Shown here in pieces: positions 17,609 to 27,177 of a stretch of 64,000 bases of DNA. Location: NCBI GenBank assembly GCA_035517775.1, contig DATIYF010000017.1:14743-78742 (forward strand), given 5' to 3'. The DNA comes from Terriglobales bacterium. GTDB lineage: Bacteria > Acidobacteriota > Terriglobia > Terriglobales > Acidobacteriaceae. Numbering within the stretch: the first letter of the stretch is position 1; the number at the start of each line of letters is the position of its first letter. Below the pieces are notes generated by a model. It searched no databases, had not been told where the DNA came from, and saw nothing but the letters and a program-made list of their open reading frames with translations. The position numbers and the translations under genes were made by a program.

Positions 17609-19381
17609 ATGCACGATGTATCTGCCCCTGCGGTACACCACGGTCCACCGCAGAGCTTCATCAGCAAATACGTCTTCAGTCTCGACCATAAGGTGATCGG
17701 CAAGCAGTATTACGCCCTGGCCCTGGTTGCAGTCTTCACCGGCATGGTGCTTTCCTGGCTCATGCGGCTGCACCTCGGCTACCCCGACCTGAAGATTCCC
17801 GGCCTGCATCTGCTCTCCAAGATTGGCGCTCCGGGCGACGTCATGACGCCGGAGTATTACCTGCAGTTGATGACCATGCACGGCACCATCATGGTCTTCT
17901 TCGTGCTGACCACGGCGCCCTTCGCCGCCTTCGGCAACTTCTTCCTGCCCATCCAGGTGGGTGCCGAAGATATGCCCTTCCCGCGCTTCAACATGATGTC
18001 GTTCTGGGTCACCTTCGTGGCTTTTCTGGTTCTGATCGCCGCGTTTTTCGTGGGCGACGGCCCGCCGCTCTCCGGCTGGACCGCTTATGCGCCGCTTAGC
18101 GCCGTGGGCGCGGTGGCCGGCCCTGGACAAGGTTTGGGGCAGATTCTGTGGGCGGCTTCGATTGGCATCTTCTGTATCGGCCAGCTATTGGGCTCACTCA
18201 ACTTCATAACGACTACCCTCGACATGCGCACCAAAGGCATGAGCCTGATGCGCCTGCCGCTGAGCGCCTGGGCATGGTTCATCACCTCCTGCATGGGGCT
18301 TACCGCCTTCGCCGTGCTCATGCCGGCCTGCATTCTGCTTATTCTTGACCACGTGGCCGGCACCAGCTTCTTCATTCCCTCAGGCCTGGTGATCAATGAT
18401 CAGCTACAGCCCCATTCTGGCGGCTCTACGCTGCTCTGGCAGCACCTGTTCTGGTTTTTTGGACATCCCGAGGTCTATATCGCCATTGTGCCTGGCATGG
18501 GCATCGTCTCGCACGTGCTCATCACCAACATGCGCCGGCCGCTGCTCAGTTATAAGGTGATGATCGCCTCCATGACCTCCATCGCCTTCCTGAGTTACAT
18601 GGTTTATGGACATCACATGTTCGTCAGCGGGATGAACCCCACGTCGTCGCTGGTGTTTTCATTCCCCACGCTGGTCATCACCATCCCGGCGACCATTATT
18701 ACGCTCATCTGGATCGGCAGCCTGTACGGCTCGCGATTGCGCATCAACGCCGCTTCGCTGTTCGCCCTGGGCTTTATCTCCATGTTCGTGGCCGGGGGCG
18801 TAAGCGGCTTCTTTCTGGCCCAGCCCTCGATCGACATCATGCTGCACGCCACCTACTTCGTTGTCGGCCATTTCCACCTGGTGATGGCGGTGGCCGCCAT
18901 CTTCGGCATCTTCGCCGGGACTTACTTCTGGTTCCCCAAAATGACCGGCAGAATGATGAACGAAACCCTGGGCAAGATTCACTTCTGGTTCAGCTTCGTC
19001 GGCGCCTACTGCATCTTCATGCCCTTCCACTACCTGGGCATCATGGGCAACGTCCGCCGCTACGCGCAGTTCGTAGATGACTACATGCAACCGGTTCTGG
19101 GCGTACACAAGTTCATTACCATTGCCGCGCTCACCACGGGCGCCGCGCAGTTGATCTTCCTCTACAACCTGATTTACAGCCGCTTTTGGGGAGCAAAAGC
19201 TCCTGACAACCCCTGGGAGGGCACGTCGCTGGAATGGAGCACGACCTCGCCGCCGCCGTGGGATAACTTTGGCGGCAAGCATCTGGTGGTCCATCACGAT
19301 CCCTATCAGTACGGGATGAAAAGCTCAACCGGCGATTACATCATGCAGACCTCGCCGGAGCCTTCGCCGACTGGAGAGTAA
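17609..19381 (+). CDS. coxA: cytochrome c oxidase subunit I (A-type heme-copper oxidase)
   Basis: WFFGHPEVY (His-Tyr), YGHHMFVSG (CuB His pair), VVGHFHLVM (heme ligands). Polytopic membrane protein of 590 aa. Confidence 0.97.
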   Translation: MHDVSAPAVHHGPPQSFISKYVFSLDHKVIGKQYYALALVAVFTGMVLSWLMRLHLGYPDLKIPGLHLLSKIGAPGDVMTPEYYLQLMTMHGTIMVFFVLTTAPFAAFGNFFLPIQVGAEDMPFPRFNMMSFWVTFVAFLVLIAAFFVGDGPPLSGWTAYAPLSAVGAVAGPGQGLGQILWAASIGIFCIGQLLGSLNFITTTLDMRTKGMSLMRLPLSAWAWFITSCMGLTAFAVLMPACILLILDHVAGTSFFIPSGLVINDQLQPHSGGSTLLWQHLFWFFGHPEVYIAIVPGMGIVSHVLITNMRRPLLSYKVMIASMTSIAFLSYMVYGHHMFVSGMNPTSSLVFSFPTLVITIPATIITLIWIGSLYGSRLRINAASLFALGFISMFVAGGVSGFFLAQPSIDIMLHATYFVVGHFHLVMAVAAIFGIFAGTYFWFPKMTGRMMNETLGKIHFWFSFVGAYCIFMPFHYLGIMGNVRRYAQFVDDYMQPVLGVHKFITIAALTTGAAQLIFLYNLIYSRFWGAKAPDNPWEGTSLEWSTTSPPPWDNFGGKHLVVHHDPYQYGMKSSTGDYIMQTSPEPSPTGE

Positions 19382-19429
19382 CTGGCGGGGGAGTCATAAG
19401 TTAACGGGAATTGGGAAGAAGTCAGGGAC

Positions 19430-20101
19430 ATGGCTACTACAGTTCACGAACCACCGCAGATCAAATCGCCTCGGCGCTCGACAGCAGACTCCGGAGGCGG
19501 GGGCTGGCGCAACCTGGTTCCGGCCGGGGGAAATCTCCGCGCCGTGCGGGATGATTCTTCCCCAGCCTCACGCACCGGCATCTGGGTAGCGATCGCCGCC
19601 ATCACTATGACTTTTCTGGCCTTCACCAGTGCGCTGGTGGTACGCCAGGGGGCCTCGAATGACTGGCGGCACATGCAGCTGCCGGGAATCATTTACTTCA
19701 ATACCCTGGCTTTGTTGGCCAGCAGTTTCACGCTTGAGGCCGGCCGCCGCGGCTTTCGCGCCATGCAAGGCGACCTCAGCCGGCGTGCCGCGACCTTGCG
19801 TGCGCTCTATGCCACGCTCGGCCTGGGCCTGGTTTTTGTAGCCGGTCAATACATGGCCTGGCTGCAACTGAAGGCGGAAGGCTTATACCTTGCCACCAAT
19901 CCCAGCAGCTCTTTCTTTTATGTGTTTACGGCCGTGCACGGGCTGCACGTTCTGGGCGGGCTGGCCGGGCTGGTTTACGTGATCCGGAAGCTGAACAGAA
20001 ACCATCTGCATGGCAGCACGCTGAAGACGGCTTCCCACTACTGGCATTTTATGGATGTGCTCTGGCTGTACTTGCTTTTGGTGCTTTGGATGAAGCTCTA
20101 G
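19430..20101 (+). CDS. coxC: cytochrome c oxidase subunit III
   Basis: Five-helix subunit-III pattern: FYVFTAVHGLHVLGGL and HYWHFMDVLWLYLL. Confidence 0.88.
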   Translation: MATTVHEPPQIKSPRRSTADSGGGGWRNLVPAGGNLRAVRDDSSPASRTGIWVAIAAITMTFLAFTSALVVRQGASNDWRHMQLPGIIYFNTLALLASSFTLEAGRRGFRAMQGDLSRRAATLRALYATLGLGLVFVAGQYMAWLQLKAEGLYLATNPSSSFFYVFTAVHGLHVLGGLAGLVYVIRKLNRNHLHGSTLKTASHYWHFMDVLWLYLLLVLWMKL

Positions 20102-20118
20102 TCCATACAGGAGGCGCT

Positions 20119-20748
20119 GTGAGCGAAGCTAATCTGACCATGGAGGCACACGGTACCGGGCTGATGGAGGCCTCGCCGTTTGCCGTGCCGGCCAAGAAGC
20201 TGGCCATGTGGCTGTTCATCATCGCCGATGCGATGACCTTTGCCGCGGTTCTGATCGCCTACGGTTTTCTGCGCAACAGCACTCCTAGCTGGCCGGAGCC
20301 CTTCGAGTTCTCGCCCTCCATCATCAACGTGATGGTCATGACCTTCATCCTGATCAGCAGCAGCCTTACCATGCTGTTTGCCATCCGCGCCGCACAGGTC
20401 AGCGACAAGGCCCGGGCCTTTACATGGATTCTGATCACGGCCCTGGCCGGCGCGGTTTTCGCCCTGCTGCACATTCGCGAGTGGCTGGGCATGATCGGCC
20501 AGGGGGTGGGACTGTTTCACAATCCCTGGGGAACTCCGTTATTTGGCGCCGCCTTCTTTTGCGTCACCGGACTGCACTTGTTGCACGTCACCGGCGGAGT
20601 CATAGCTCTGGTGGCCGTGGGCTTGCGCTACCAGAGAGGCCGTTACAAGGCCGACGATATTGAAATTCTGGGTCTGTACTGGCACTTCGTGGATATTGTC
20701 TGGATGTTCGTGGTGCCGTTGGTCTATTTGCTGAGCATACACCGCTGA
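20119..20748 (+). CDS. second heme-copper oxidase subunit III family protein
   Basis: FFCVTGLHLLHVTGGV and LYWHFVDIVWMFVVPLVY. I place the start at the in-frame GTG 20119, preceded by AGGAGG (20109-20114), rather than the ORF-track start 20086 that overlaps coxC. Confidence 0.85.
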   Translation: MSEANLTMEAHGTGLMEASPFAVPAKKLAMWLFIIADAMTFAAVLIAYGFLRNSTPSWPEPFEFSPSIINVMVMTFILISSSLTMLFAIRAAQVSDKARAFTWILITALAGAVFALLHIREWLGMIGQGVGLFHNPWGTPLFGAAFFCVTGLHLLHVTGGVIALVAVGLRYQRGRYKADDIEILGLYWHFVDIVWMFVVPLVYLLSIHR

Positions 20749-20772
20749 CCGCCAACCGGAGGATGAACTGCT

Positions 20773-21090
20773 ATGACCCCTATGGAAGAACACGGGAACT
20801 TGACCACGGATGTTATTGTATATCTCGTTCTTTTAGGCATCGCCGGCCTGCAAATCATTCTGGCGTATAGCTATCACGGTGGCGGCGAGGGTCTGCTGGG
20901 GCGCCTGTTGATCGTGGCGGCCATCCAGGCGGTTGTAGCGGTCTTGTTTTTCATGCACCTGCGGTGGGAGAATCGGGCCATGTTGGTTTCGGTGGCGGTG
21001 GTGACGCTTTTCGTACTGATATCACTGCAGTACAGCTGGAGTGATAGCTTTCGCTTGCTGCACGGCGTGCCCTTCGCGCGCTTTCATTAA
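20773..21090 (+). CDS. cytochrome c oxidase subunit IV (prokaryotic small subunit)
   Basis: 105 aa with three hydrophobic helices (VIVYLVLLGIAGLQIILA, LLIVAAIQAVVAVLFFMHL, MLVSVAVVTLFVLISL). Position right after subunit III. GGAGGA Shine-Dalgarno. Confidence 0.75.
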   Translation: MTPMEEHGNLTTDVIVYLVLLGIAGLQIILAYSYHGGGEGLLGRLLIVAAIQAVVAVLFFMHLRWENRAMLVSVAVVTLFVLISLQYSWSDSFRLLHGVPFARFH

Positions 21091-21101
21091 ACTGATTGAA
21101 G

Positions 21102-21392
21102 ATGACTCGGCCCCGGAGCTCGATGTGGTTCGCCGCCTTTGCCGCGGGGGTGTTGCTGCTTTCCGCCTCTCTGCCTGCGTTTGGGCAGGGCTGCGCTCTC
21201 TGTTACACTCAGGCGGCCTCTTCGGGCGCGCGCATGATTCATGCCCTGCGTGACGGCATCCTGATTCTGGTGTTGCCGCCCACTTTAATGTCGGTGGGGG
21301 TGGCCTTCGTGGCCTATCGCAGGCGCGACTATTTTCACCGCCCGGAAAGTTCACAACCGGATTTCCCCACGGAGCTCCATGGCGACGACTGA
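21102..21392 (+). CDS. small membrane protein with signal peptide, CxxC motif and C-terminal TM helix
   Basis: MTRPRSSMWFAAFAAGVLLLSASLPAFGQGCALCYTQ...ILILVLPPTLMSVGVAFVAY. The ORF-track start 21096 is TTG; ATG at 21102 is preferred. It overlaps the ctaB start by 14 nt. Confidence 0.55.
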   Translation: MTRPRSSMWFAAFAAGVLLLSASLPAFGQGCALCYTQAASSGARMIHALRDGILILVLPPTLMSVGVAFVAYRRRDYFHRPESSQPDFPTELHGDD

Positions 21393-22281
21393 GACCATGA
21401 CATCTTTCGGGTACAGGCAGAGCTTGCCTTGCAGGCTGCGGGATTACTACACCCTGACCAAGCCGGAAGTGAACCTGCTGATTCTCATCACCACGTCAGC
21501 CGGGTATTACCTGGGAAGCCAGAGTGGCTTTCGTTTTGCAGGACTGATCAACACGCTGATCGGTACCCTGCTGGTAGCGAGCGGCACTGCCACTCTCAAT
21601 CAGTATATGGAGCGCGGCTACGACGCGCAGATGCGCCGCACCGCGAGCCGGCCGGTCGCTTCCGGACGGATGGCAGCGCTCGAAGCCTTCCTGTTTGGCG
21701 TGGTTCTGAGCGTAGCCGGCGGAATTTACCTGTGGGCCACGGTCAATTCGCTGGCCGCGGTGCTGGCCGTTTCCACCCTTCTATCCTATTTATTGGTGTA
21801 CACGCCGCTGAAGCGGGTCACTCCGCTCTGCACCCTGCTGGGGGCGATTCCTGGCGCTATGCCAACGCTGATCGGATGGGCCGGGGCCTCGGGCACTCTG
21901 AACCTGCAGGCATGGTTCCTGTTCGCGGTGCTGTTTCTGTGGCAGTTTCCGCACTTTCTCGCCATCGCCCTGATGTACCGTGAGGATTACGCCCGCGCCG
22001 GTTACAAGATGCTGCCCGGCTTCGATGCCGAAGGCCGCTTTACCCGCGCAGAGATCACTGCTTTCACCATCGCGCTCACCGCCGTCACGTTGTTGCCGGT
22101 CTTCGCTGCCGGCCCCAGCTTGACGTATCTGCTGGCCATGGGAGCGGCGGGTGCATTCTTTCTCTATTACAGCGCCCGGCTTTCGGTCACCGCGTCGCGG
22201 GGCTCGGCCAAACACCTGGTGCACGCGTCTGTGATCTATTTGCCGGTGGTGTTTCTGATTATGATTGTCTGCAGGCCCTGA
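21379..22281 (+). CDS. ctaB: protoheme IX farnesyltransferase (heme O synthase)
   Basis: UbiA-family polytopic protein. Motifs: LTKPEVNLLIL, NQYMERGYDAQMRRTASRP, and WQFPHFLAIALMYREDYARAGYKMLP typical of CyoE/CtaB. Confidence 0.93.
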   Translation: MATTETMTSFGYRQSLPCRLRDYYTLTKPEVNLLILITTSAGYYLGSQSGFRFAGLINTLIGTLLVASGTATLNQYMERGYDAQMRRTASRPVASGRMAALEAFLFGVVLSVAGGIYLWATVNSLAAVLAVSTLLSYLLVYTPLKRVTPLCTLLGAIPGAMPTLIGWAGASGTLNLQAWFLFAVLFLWQFPHFLAIALMYREDYARAGYKMLPGFDAEGRFTRAEITAFTIALTAVTLLPVFAAGPSLTYLLAMGAAGAFFLYYSARLSVTASRGSAKHLVHASVIYLPVVFLIMIVCRP

Positions 22282-22289
22282 AGTTCGTT

Positions 22290-23222
22290 GTGATGATGGT
22301 CCCGTCCCCTTCTCGATTGGCATCGCGAATCACTCTCAGCCGTCTGGATGCGCCGCGAATCCACAGCGCGCCATCACCGGTTGGAATTTGCGCTTTGACC
22401 TTCACCCTGAGCGCTTTGTTGCTGGTTGCGCCGGCGGCCTGGGGCAAAGTAAAAGAGCATTATGGCGATGGCTTCGTGGTTGACCTGAATCACCCGGCCA
22501 GCCAGGTGGTGGATTTTGTGCACGCCGTGACGGAAGACGGAATTATCCGCGGCACCTCCGACTCCCGCGGCGCCAGCGAGCTGTATGGCGCCAGTTCGGC
22601 CAAGACCTCCGACGCATTCCCCCGCTGGACCCAAGGCGGCACGGTTCTTTTCAAAGTTCGGCCCGGCGCCCTGGCGCCCGACCACTTTTATCAAAGCAAC
22701 GACCAGGGCACTGTCGTGGTGCGCTACGTGGTGCAGCCTCTAAGCGCCGATTCATGCCGCCTGCGCATTGACGCGATTTTTGAAGAAGATTCCCACCACC
22801 ACCACCATCCTTCCGACGGCCTGGTGGAGAACAATGAGTTCGAGGCGATCGCGGCGAAGATAAAAGAATTCGAGAATCTGGAGCAACAGCGGCGCGAAGC
22901 TGAGGCCCAGCAACAGATGCAAGATAAGGTGCAGGACCTTGACGCACAACTGCAGCAGGAAAACACACGCCTGGATGACCTGAACAAGAAGCAGGCGGAC
23001 CTGCGGCAGAAAATTCAGGCTACACAGGGCGGAAAACCTGGCCGCATTACCACGAGCGCAGAGTTGAAGACGGGACCCTACCAGGCCGCGAGCGTGGTGG
23101 AACAACTTTCTCAGGGCGATGCCGTGACCGTGCTGCAGGAGACGCCCTACTGGTACCGCGTGCAAAGCGCCAGCGGAAAGCGGGGCTGGGTGTATCGCCT
23201 GATGCTCGAGGTGGCGCAGTGA
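22290..23222 (+). CDS. secreted hypothetical protein: N-terminal alpha/beta domain, Gln-rich coiled coil, C-terminal bacterial SH3-like domain
   Basis: Signal-like ICALTFTLSALLLVAPAAWG. Natural HHHHH run (nt 22794-22808). Coiled coil EFENLEQQRREAEAQQQMQDKVQDLDAQLQQENTRLDDLNKKQADLRQK. SH3b-like GPYQAASVVEQLSQGDAVTVLQETPYWYRVQSASGKRGWVY. Starts 8 nt after the ctaB stop. Confidence 0.7.
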   Translation: MMMVPSPSRLASRITLSRLDAPRIHSAPSPVGICALTFTLSALLLVAPAAWGKVKEHYGDGFVVDLNHPASQVVDFVHAVTEDGIIRGTSDSRGASELYGASSAKTSDAFPRWTQGGTVLFKVRPGALAPDHFYQSNDQGTVVVRYVVQPLSADSCRLRIDAIFEEDSHHHHHPSDGLVENNEFEAIAAKIKEFENLEQQRREAEAQQQMQDKVQDLDAQLQQENTRLDDLNKKQADLRQKIQATQGGKPGRITTSAELKTGPYQAASVVEQLSQGDAVTVLQETPYWYRVQSASGKRGWVYRLMLEVAQ

Positions 23223-24376
23223 AGGCCATGCGAAGCGCGGGCATGCTGGCGGCGGTGCTGCTGCTCGGGCTCTTGTTGAATGCGCAAACCCCGAAGGGGG
23301 TGCAGCGGGAGTTTGCTTTTCCGATTACGGCGGTCGAGGCTGCGCTGAAACAGTTGGACGCTTACACCGGCGCCCGCCTGCCCACTCTGGATGGATTTAT
23401 CACGACCGAGCGGGCGCAACTGCCTCACTACCAGCGTCCTTATTACGAGTACAAGATCAACCTGACCATGGCGGGAGCGACTCGCACTGAGGTGCAGGTC
23501 AGGGCGGAAGTTTCGGCCTGGTTTGAAGATCCCCAGGGTCAGCAGTCCGGCTATCAGACGCTGGAATCCAATGGCCGCCTGGAGAGCGATTTGCTGGACC
23601 GTCTGGGCGAGTATCTGACCACGAATCAGTCAAAGCTGCTGGCCGACCCGTCTGCCCTGGTGAAGCAGATCGCTGCGGTTCGCCAGCAGGAAAGCGATGC
23701 GCAGCAGCAGATCGCCGAACTCGAGCAGCAATTGCAGCAGGCACAAACCGGCAGCGAGCATGCCGATCGTGCCGAACTGGTAACCGTGGCGCGCGGCCGG
23801 ATTGCAGTTCTGAAGTCGCCGGAAGAGCATTCGCCGGTTGTGCTGCACGCCCAGGCCCAGGATGAATTCGAGGTATTGGAACACCGCGGCGCCTGGTTGC
23901 GGGTGAACCTGCAAGACGCCAGTTCCGGCTGGGTGCGAAGTTCAGACGTGCGCCCCGCGGCGGCGGGGGATGATTCCTCATCTTCCGCGGACTCCGCCGG
24001 GTTCATGGTCATCCGAAAAAATGTCATGCCTTTTTCCGGCGATTGGCCGCGCCTGAAAGGTAAGCCCACGCTGTACGTTTGGGCGCGGCCGCTGGGTTCG
24101 AGCCTCAATGCGTCTCCGGCGGGACGTTTGCATTTTGCCCAGGCCCTGTTCCGGCAACGGTATCTGGAGGCCGTGCACAGTCCGCAACGGTCGTTTGAAG
24201 GCGTTGTGGTGATCTTTCTAGATGCTGGCGGCGGCGTGGCGGCGGCCAACCTGGAAGACATCGGGCAGTGGGTGGATGAGACCATCAAAGAGCCCGTCTT
24301 CCAGGCCCGGTGCTCTTTCGACCCCCGCAGCGAGTTCTTCGCCGCAGCGCGCGCGGAGGCGCAGCGAAAGCGCTGA
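23219..24376 (+). CDS. secreted hypothetical protein, paralogous architecture (N-domain, coiled coil, SH3-like) plus an extra C-terminal domain
   Basis: Signal peptide MLAAVLLLGLLLNAQT. Coiled coil VRQQESDAQQQIAELEQQLQQAQ. SH3-like SPVVLHAQAQDEFEVLEHRGAWLRVNLQDASSGWVRSSDV. The start overlaps the upstream stop by 4 nt. Confidence 0.7.
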   Translation: MKAMRSAGMLAAVLLLGLLLNAQTPKGVQREFAFPITAVEAALKQLDAYTGARLPTLDGFITTERAQLPHYQRPYYEYKINLTMAGATRTEVQVRAEVSAWFEDPQGQQSGYQTLESNGRLESDLLDRLGEYLTTNQSKLLADPSALVKQIAAVRQQESDAQQQIAELEQQLQQAQTGSEHADRAELVTVARGRIAVLKSPEEHSPVVLHAQAQDEFEVLEHRGAWLRVNLQDASSGWVRSSDVRPAAAGDDSSSSADSAGFMVIRKNVMPFSGDWPRLKGKPTLYVWARPLGSSLNASPAGRLHFAQALFRQRYLEAVHSPQRSFEGVVVIFLDAGGGVAAANLEDIGQWVDETIKEPVFQARCSFDPRSEFFAAARAEAQRKR

Positions 24377-24408
24377 TTGAGCGTGAAGTCCAGCCACTCG
24401 CCGGTGCA

Positions 24409-27006
24409 TCAATCGCCGCGCAACTCCTCGTGCAGGGCCTTCTCCAGGCGCTCCTTGTGTTCGGGCGAGAGCTTGCCGCCAGCCGAGGTGAGGTAGAACA
24501 CGTCAATTGCCATCTGCCCTTCGGTATCAATCAAGGCGATCTCGATGTTGCACTTCTGGTAGGAGAACCGCGAGCTGATGTGGTGCAGAAGGCCCATCCG
24601 GTCCTGGGCAATCACCTGCACCAGCGTACTGCCGGCCGAGCAGCCGTCGTCAAAGGTGATTGCAGTTTTGATCTTCACCCGAGTCACCCGGCTTCTCTCT
24701 TCCGAGCGCCGGCGGTCGTGCAGCATGCGGTCCAGGTCTGCTTCTCCCATGAGCACGTCCGCAATGCTGCGCTTGAAGCGCTCCCACTCCGGCAGGTTGA
24801 GCTCGAGGGTGCGAAAGCGGTCGGTGAAGTAGAAGGTATCCACCACCGTGCCGGCGGCATTGGAAAATGCATTGGCCTTCACGATGTTCATACCCCAGGC
24901 CGCCAGCACGCCGGCGACATTGGAGAACAGAAATGGCCGGTCGGTGGTGACCAGGGTCAGCTCAAACCAGTGCCTTCCGCGCTTCAGATCGAGCTGCACG
25001 GAGCACTCCGCCAGCCGGTCGGCCATGCCCAGATGGCGCAGCACATCCTCAGGAGGATACGAGCGCAGATAACGCGTGGGTAGGCCTTCGAGAAACGCCT
25101 TGATCTTCTTTCCGGCTACCGGCGCCAGAGTCTGCAGGCGCGCCAGGTTTTCGCCGTCCACGTCGGGATGCAGCCGTTGGTCCACGCTGCGGTTCAAGTA
25201 GTTTGCGGTCGAAATGTAGAGCTGCCAGACGTTCTCCGCCTTCCACGGGGTGAGCGCTTCGGGATTCACCGCCTTGATGTCGGCGTAAGTGAGCAGGCAG
25301 AGCATTTTCAGCCGCTCCGGCGTGCCCACTTTTTCGGCGAAGGCGCGTATGGTTTCAGGATCGAAGATGTCCCGGCGCAGGGCCATGGACATCTCCAGAT
25401 GATTGCCGATCAAAAACAGCACGGCGTCGCGATCCTGGGGCGGCAGGTCGAGGCGCTCCAGAGAATTTTCGGCGATCTGCAGGCTGGCCTGCACGTGGCT
25501 GCCGCCGGGCACGCCTTTTCCGACATCGTGCAGCAACAATGAGAGGTAGAGCAGCTCGGGCTGCTCCAGTTCATTCAGAATCTGCCCGTAGCGCTGATCC
25601 CACTCGGAAGGCGATTGGCTGGCGCGATGCAGGCTTTCAATGGTAAGAAAGGTGTGCTCATCTACGGTGAAGCGATGGTAGAAGTCGCGCACCACCAGAG
25701 AATCAATCAGTTTGAACTCGGGCAACAGCAGATTGAGCAGGCGCAGGGAGTGCATGGCGCGCAGCGCCTCGGCCGCGTGCGGCTCGATCAGAATCACCTG
25801 CAGGTATCGCCACAGCTCAGCGCCTTTCGGCGGAGCCGCCGCCAGGCCCGGCAAGACCTGCTCGATCCGGTACTCGGTAGTGGTGCTCAACTTCAGGCCA
25901 TGATGGGCCATAAAGTCAAACAGCCGCAGCAGGAGCTCGGGATCGTGCAGGGCCGCGGGCTGCTGCAGAAAAATCAACCCATCCACCACCGAGAAATCCG
26001 CATTCGAAAGGCGCGAGCGCCAGTTCTGGAATTGCCGGTACAGCGAAGAACGCGCCGCCGGAATTTCCTCCAGCAGCTGCAGGGAAGTGCGGTGAATGGC
26101 GCGCGCATGGCTGAAATACACGCGCATCCAGTCGGCGGCATCCATGGGGCCGGTCTCGGCCACGCCGATCTCGTTGGCGGCCGCCTCGTCCTGTGCTTCC
26201 CAGGTCAGCATGTTGTCGTCGCGCCCGTGGCGAAAATGCAGAAAACAGCGCACTGCCACCAGAAACTCGAGAGCCGGGTCAAACTGCCGCCGCACCGAAG
26301 CCGGCAGCAAGGTCATCGGGTCGGGCCAGTCGCGGAGCTTGTCCATAGCGGAAATCAGCGCCAGCCATCCCGCCACGTTGTAATCGCGCAGCCCGCCGGG
26401 CGTTTCTTTGACATTGGGCTCGAGGTGATAAATTGTGCCGCCATATTTTGCGTGCCGGTCGCGGGTAATCTCCGAGAGCCGCTGCACCATGGCCTGCGAC
26501 TCGCGCATGATCAGCCTGGGGATCAACTTGTCATGCAGGCGGGTGAACAGTTCCCGATCTCCGGCCAGGAAACGGCAATCCAGCAGAGAGATGGTGAACT
26601 CCACGTTCTCCGGATCAAAGCGGTCGCACTCGGAAAGCATGCGCGACACAGGGCTTACCTTCATGCGCAGGTCCCAGAGCTCCTGCGAGAAGCGGCGTAC
26701 CTTGTCTTTGAAGGCCTCTTCCGTGGCCAGGTCAGCAAAGAGGAACAGCAGATCTACGTCGGAATAAGGGAAAAGCCAGCCGCGGCCGAAACCGCCCATC
26801 GCCACCAGCGCGACGTCTTGCAACGGCGCCTCGCTCGGGGCGATCAACTCCTTCCATAGCTGAGCGAGGATGTTTTCTACCAGCGCGGTCCGTTGCGCCA
26901 CTGCGGCCAAGCCATGGCCGGTAGCGGCAAAGCCTTGCTGAATTCGTGAGGATTCTTCCAGGTACAGGTCGCGCAAGCCGCTGTTTAATGAAGATGCCGT
27001 AGTCAT
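24409..27006 (-). CDS. glnD: [protein-PII] uridylyltransferase / uridylyl-removing enzyme
   Basis: Nucleotidyltransferase motif [21 protein letters not shown] domain LLLHDVGKG. Two C-terminal ACT-like segments. 865 aa. Confidence 0.92.
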   Translation of the reverse strand: MTTASSLNSGLRDLYLEESSRIQQGFAATGHGLAAVAQRTALVENILAQLWKELIAPSEAPLQDVALVAMGGFGRGWLFPYSDVDLLFLFADLATEEAFKDKVRRFSQELWDLRMKVSPVSRMLSECDRFDPENVEFTISLLDCRFLAGDRELFTRLHDKLIPRLIMRESQAMVQRLSEITRDRHAKYGGTIYHLEPNVKETPGGLRDYNVAGWLALISAMDKLRDWPDPMTLLPASVRRQFDPALEFLVAVRCFLHFRHGRDDNMLTWEAQDEAAANEIGVAETGPMDAADWMRVYFSHARAIHRTSLQLLEEIPAARSSLYRQFQNWRSRLSNADFSVVDGLIFLQQPAALHDPELLLRLFDFMAHHGLKLSTTTEYRIEQVLPGLAAAPPKGAELWRYLQVILIEPHAAEALRAMHSLRLLNLLLPEFKLIDSLVVRDFYHRFTVDEHTFLTIESLHRASQSPSEWDQRYGQILNELEQPELLYLSLLLHDVGKGVPGGSHVQASLQIAENSLERLDLPPQDRDAVLFLIGNHLEMSMALRRDIFDPETIRAFAEKVGTPERLKMLCLLTYADIKAVNPEALTPWKAENVWQLYISTANYLNRSVDQRLHPDVDGENLARLQTLAPVAGKKIKAFLEGLPTRYLRSYPPEDVLRHLGMADRLAECSVQLDLKRGRHWFELTLVTTDRPFLFSNVAGVLAAWGMNIVKANAFSNAAGTVVDTFYFTDRFRTLELNLPEWERFKRSIADVLMGEADLDRMLHDRRRSEERSRVTRVKIKTAITFDDGCSAGSTLVQVIAQDRMGLLHHISSRFSYQKCNIEIALIDTEGQMAIDVFYLTSAGGKLSPEHKERLEKALHEELRGD

Positions 27007-27177
27007 GCCGCCTGGTCGAGATTTTTCACTCTAATCGCCTGCCTGGGGCGGCGGAAATCGAAACTATTTATCGTTTCCATTAGGATAAATTATCGGCAGC
27101 GGGAACAAAAACCCCTCTGGCGGAAGGTGCTAGACCGTAAATCCAAGGGCGAGCGCATGATGCGGAGGCCAAGGGCC

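Noticed and set aside
20086-20748. Overlapping second subunit-III ORF as a frameshifted or duplicated pseudogene of coxC
   Set aside because: Both ORFs are full-length five-helix subunit-III proteins with distinct sequences. The second has its own AGGAGG plus GTG start at 20119, which removes the overlap.
16747-21090. Oxidase locus as part of an Alternative Complex III-caa3 supercluster
   Set aside because: No ActA-F-like genes (multiheme ActA, molybdopterin-like ActB, and so on) are present in the window. CoxB also lacks the fused cytochrome c domain typical of caa3 partners.
22794-22808. HHHHH run as a cloning-vector or His-tag artefact
   Set aside because: It is internal (residues 169-173) to a 310-aa native-looking ORF, uses mixed CAC/CAT codons in genomic context, and has no vector-like flanks.
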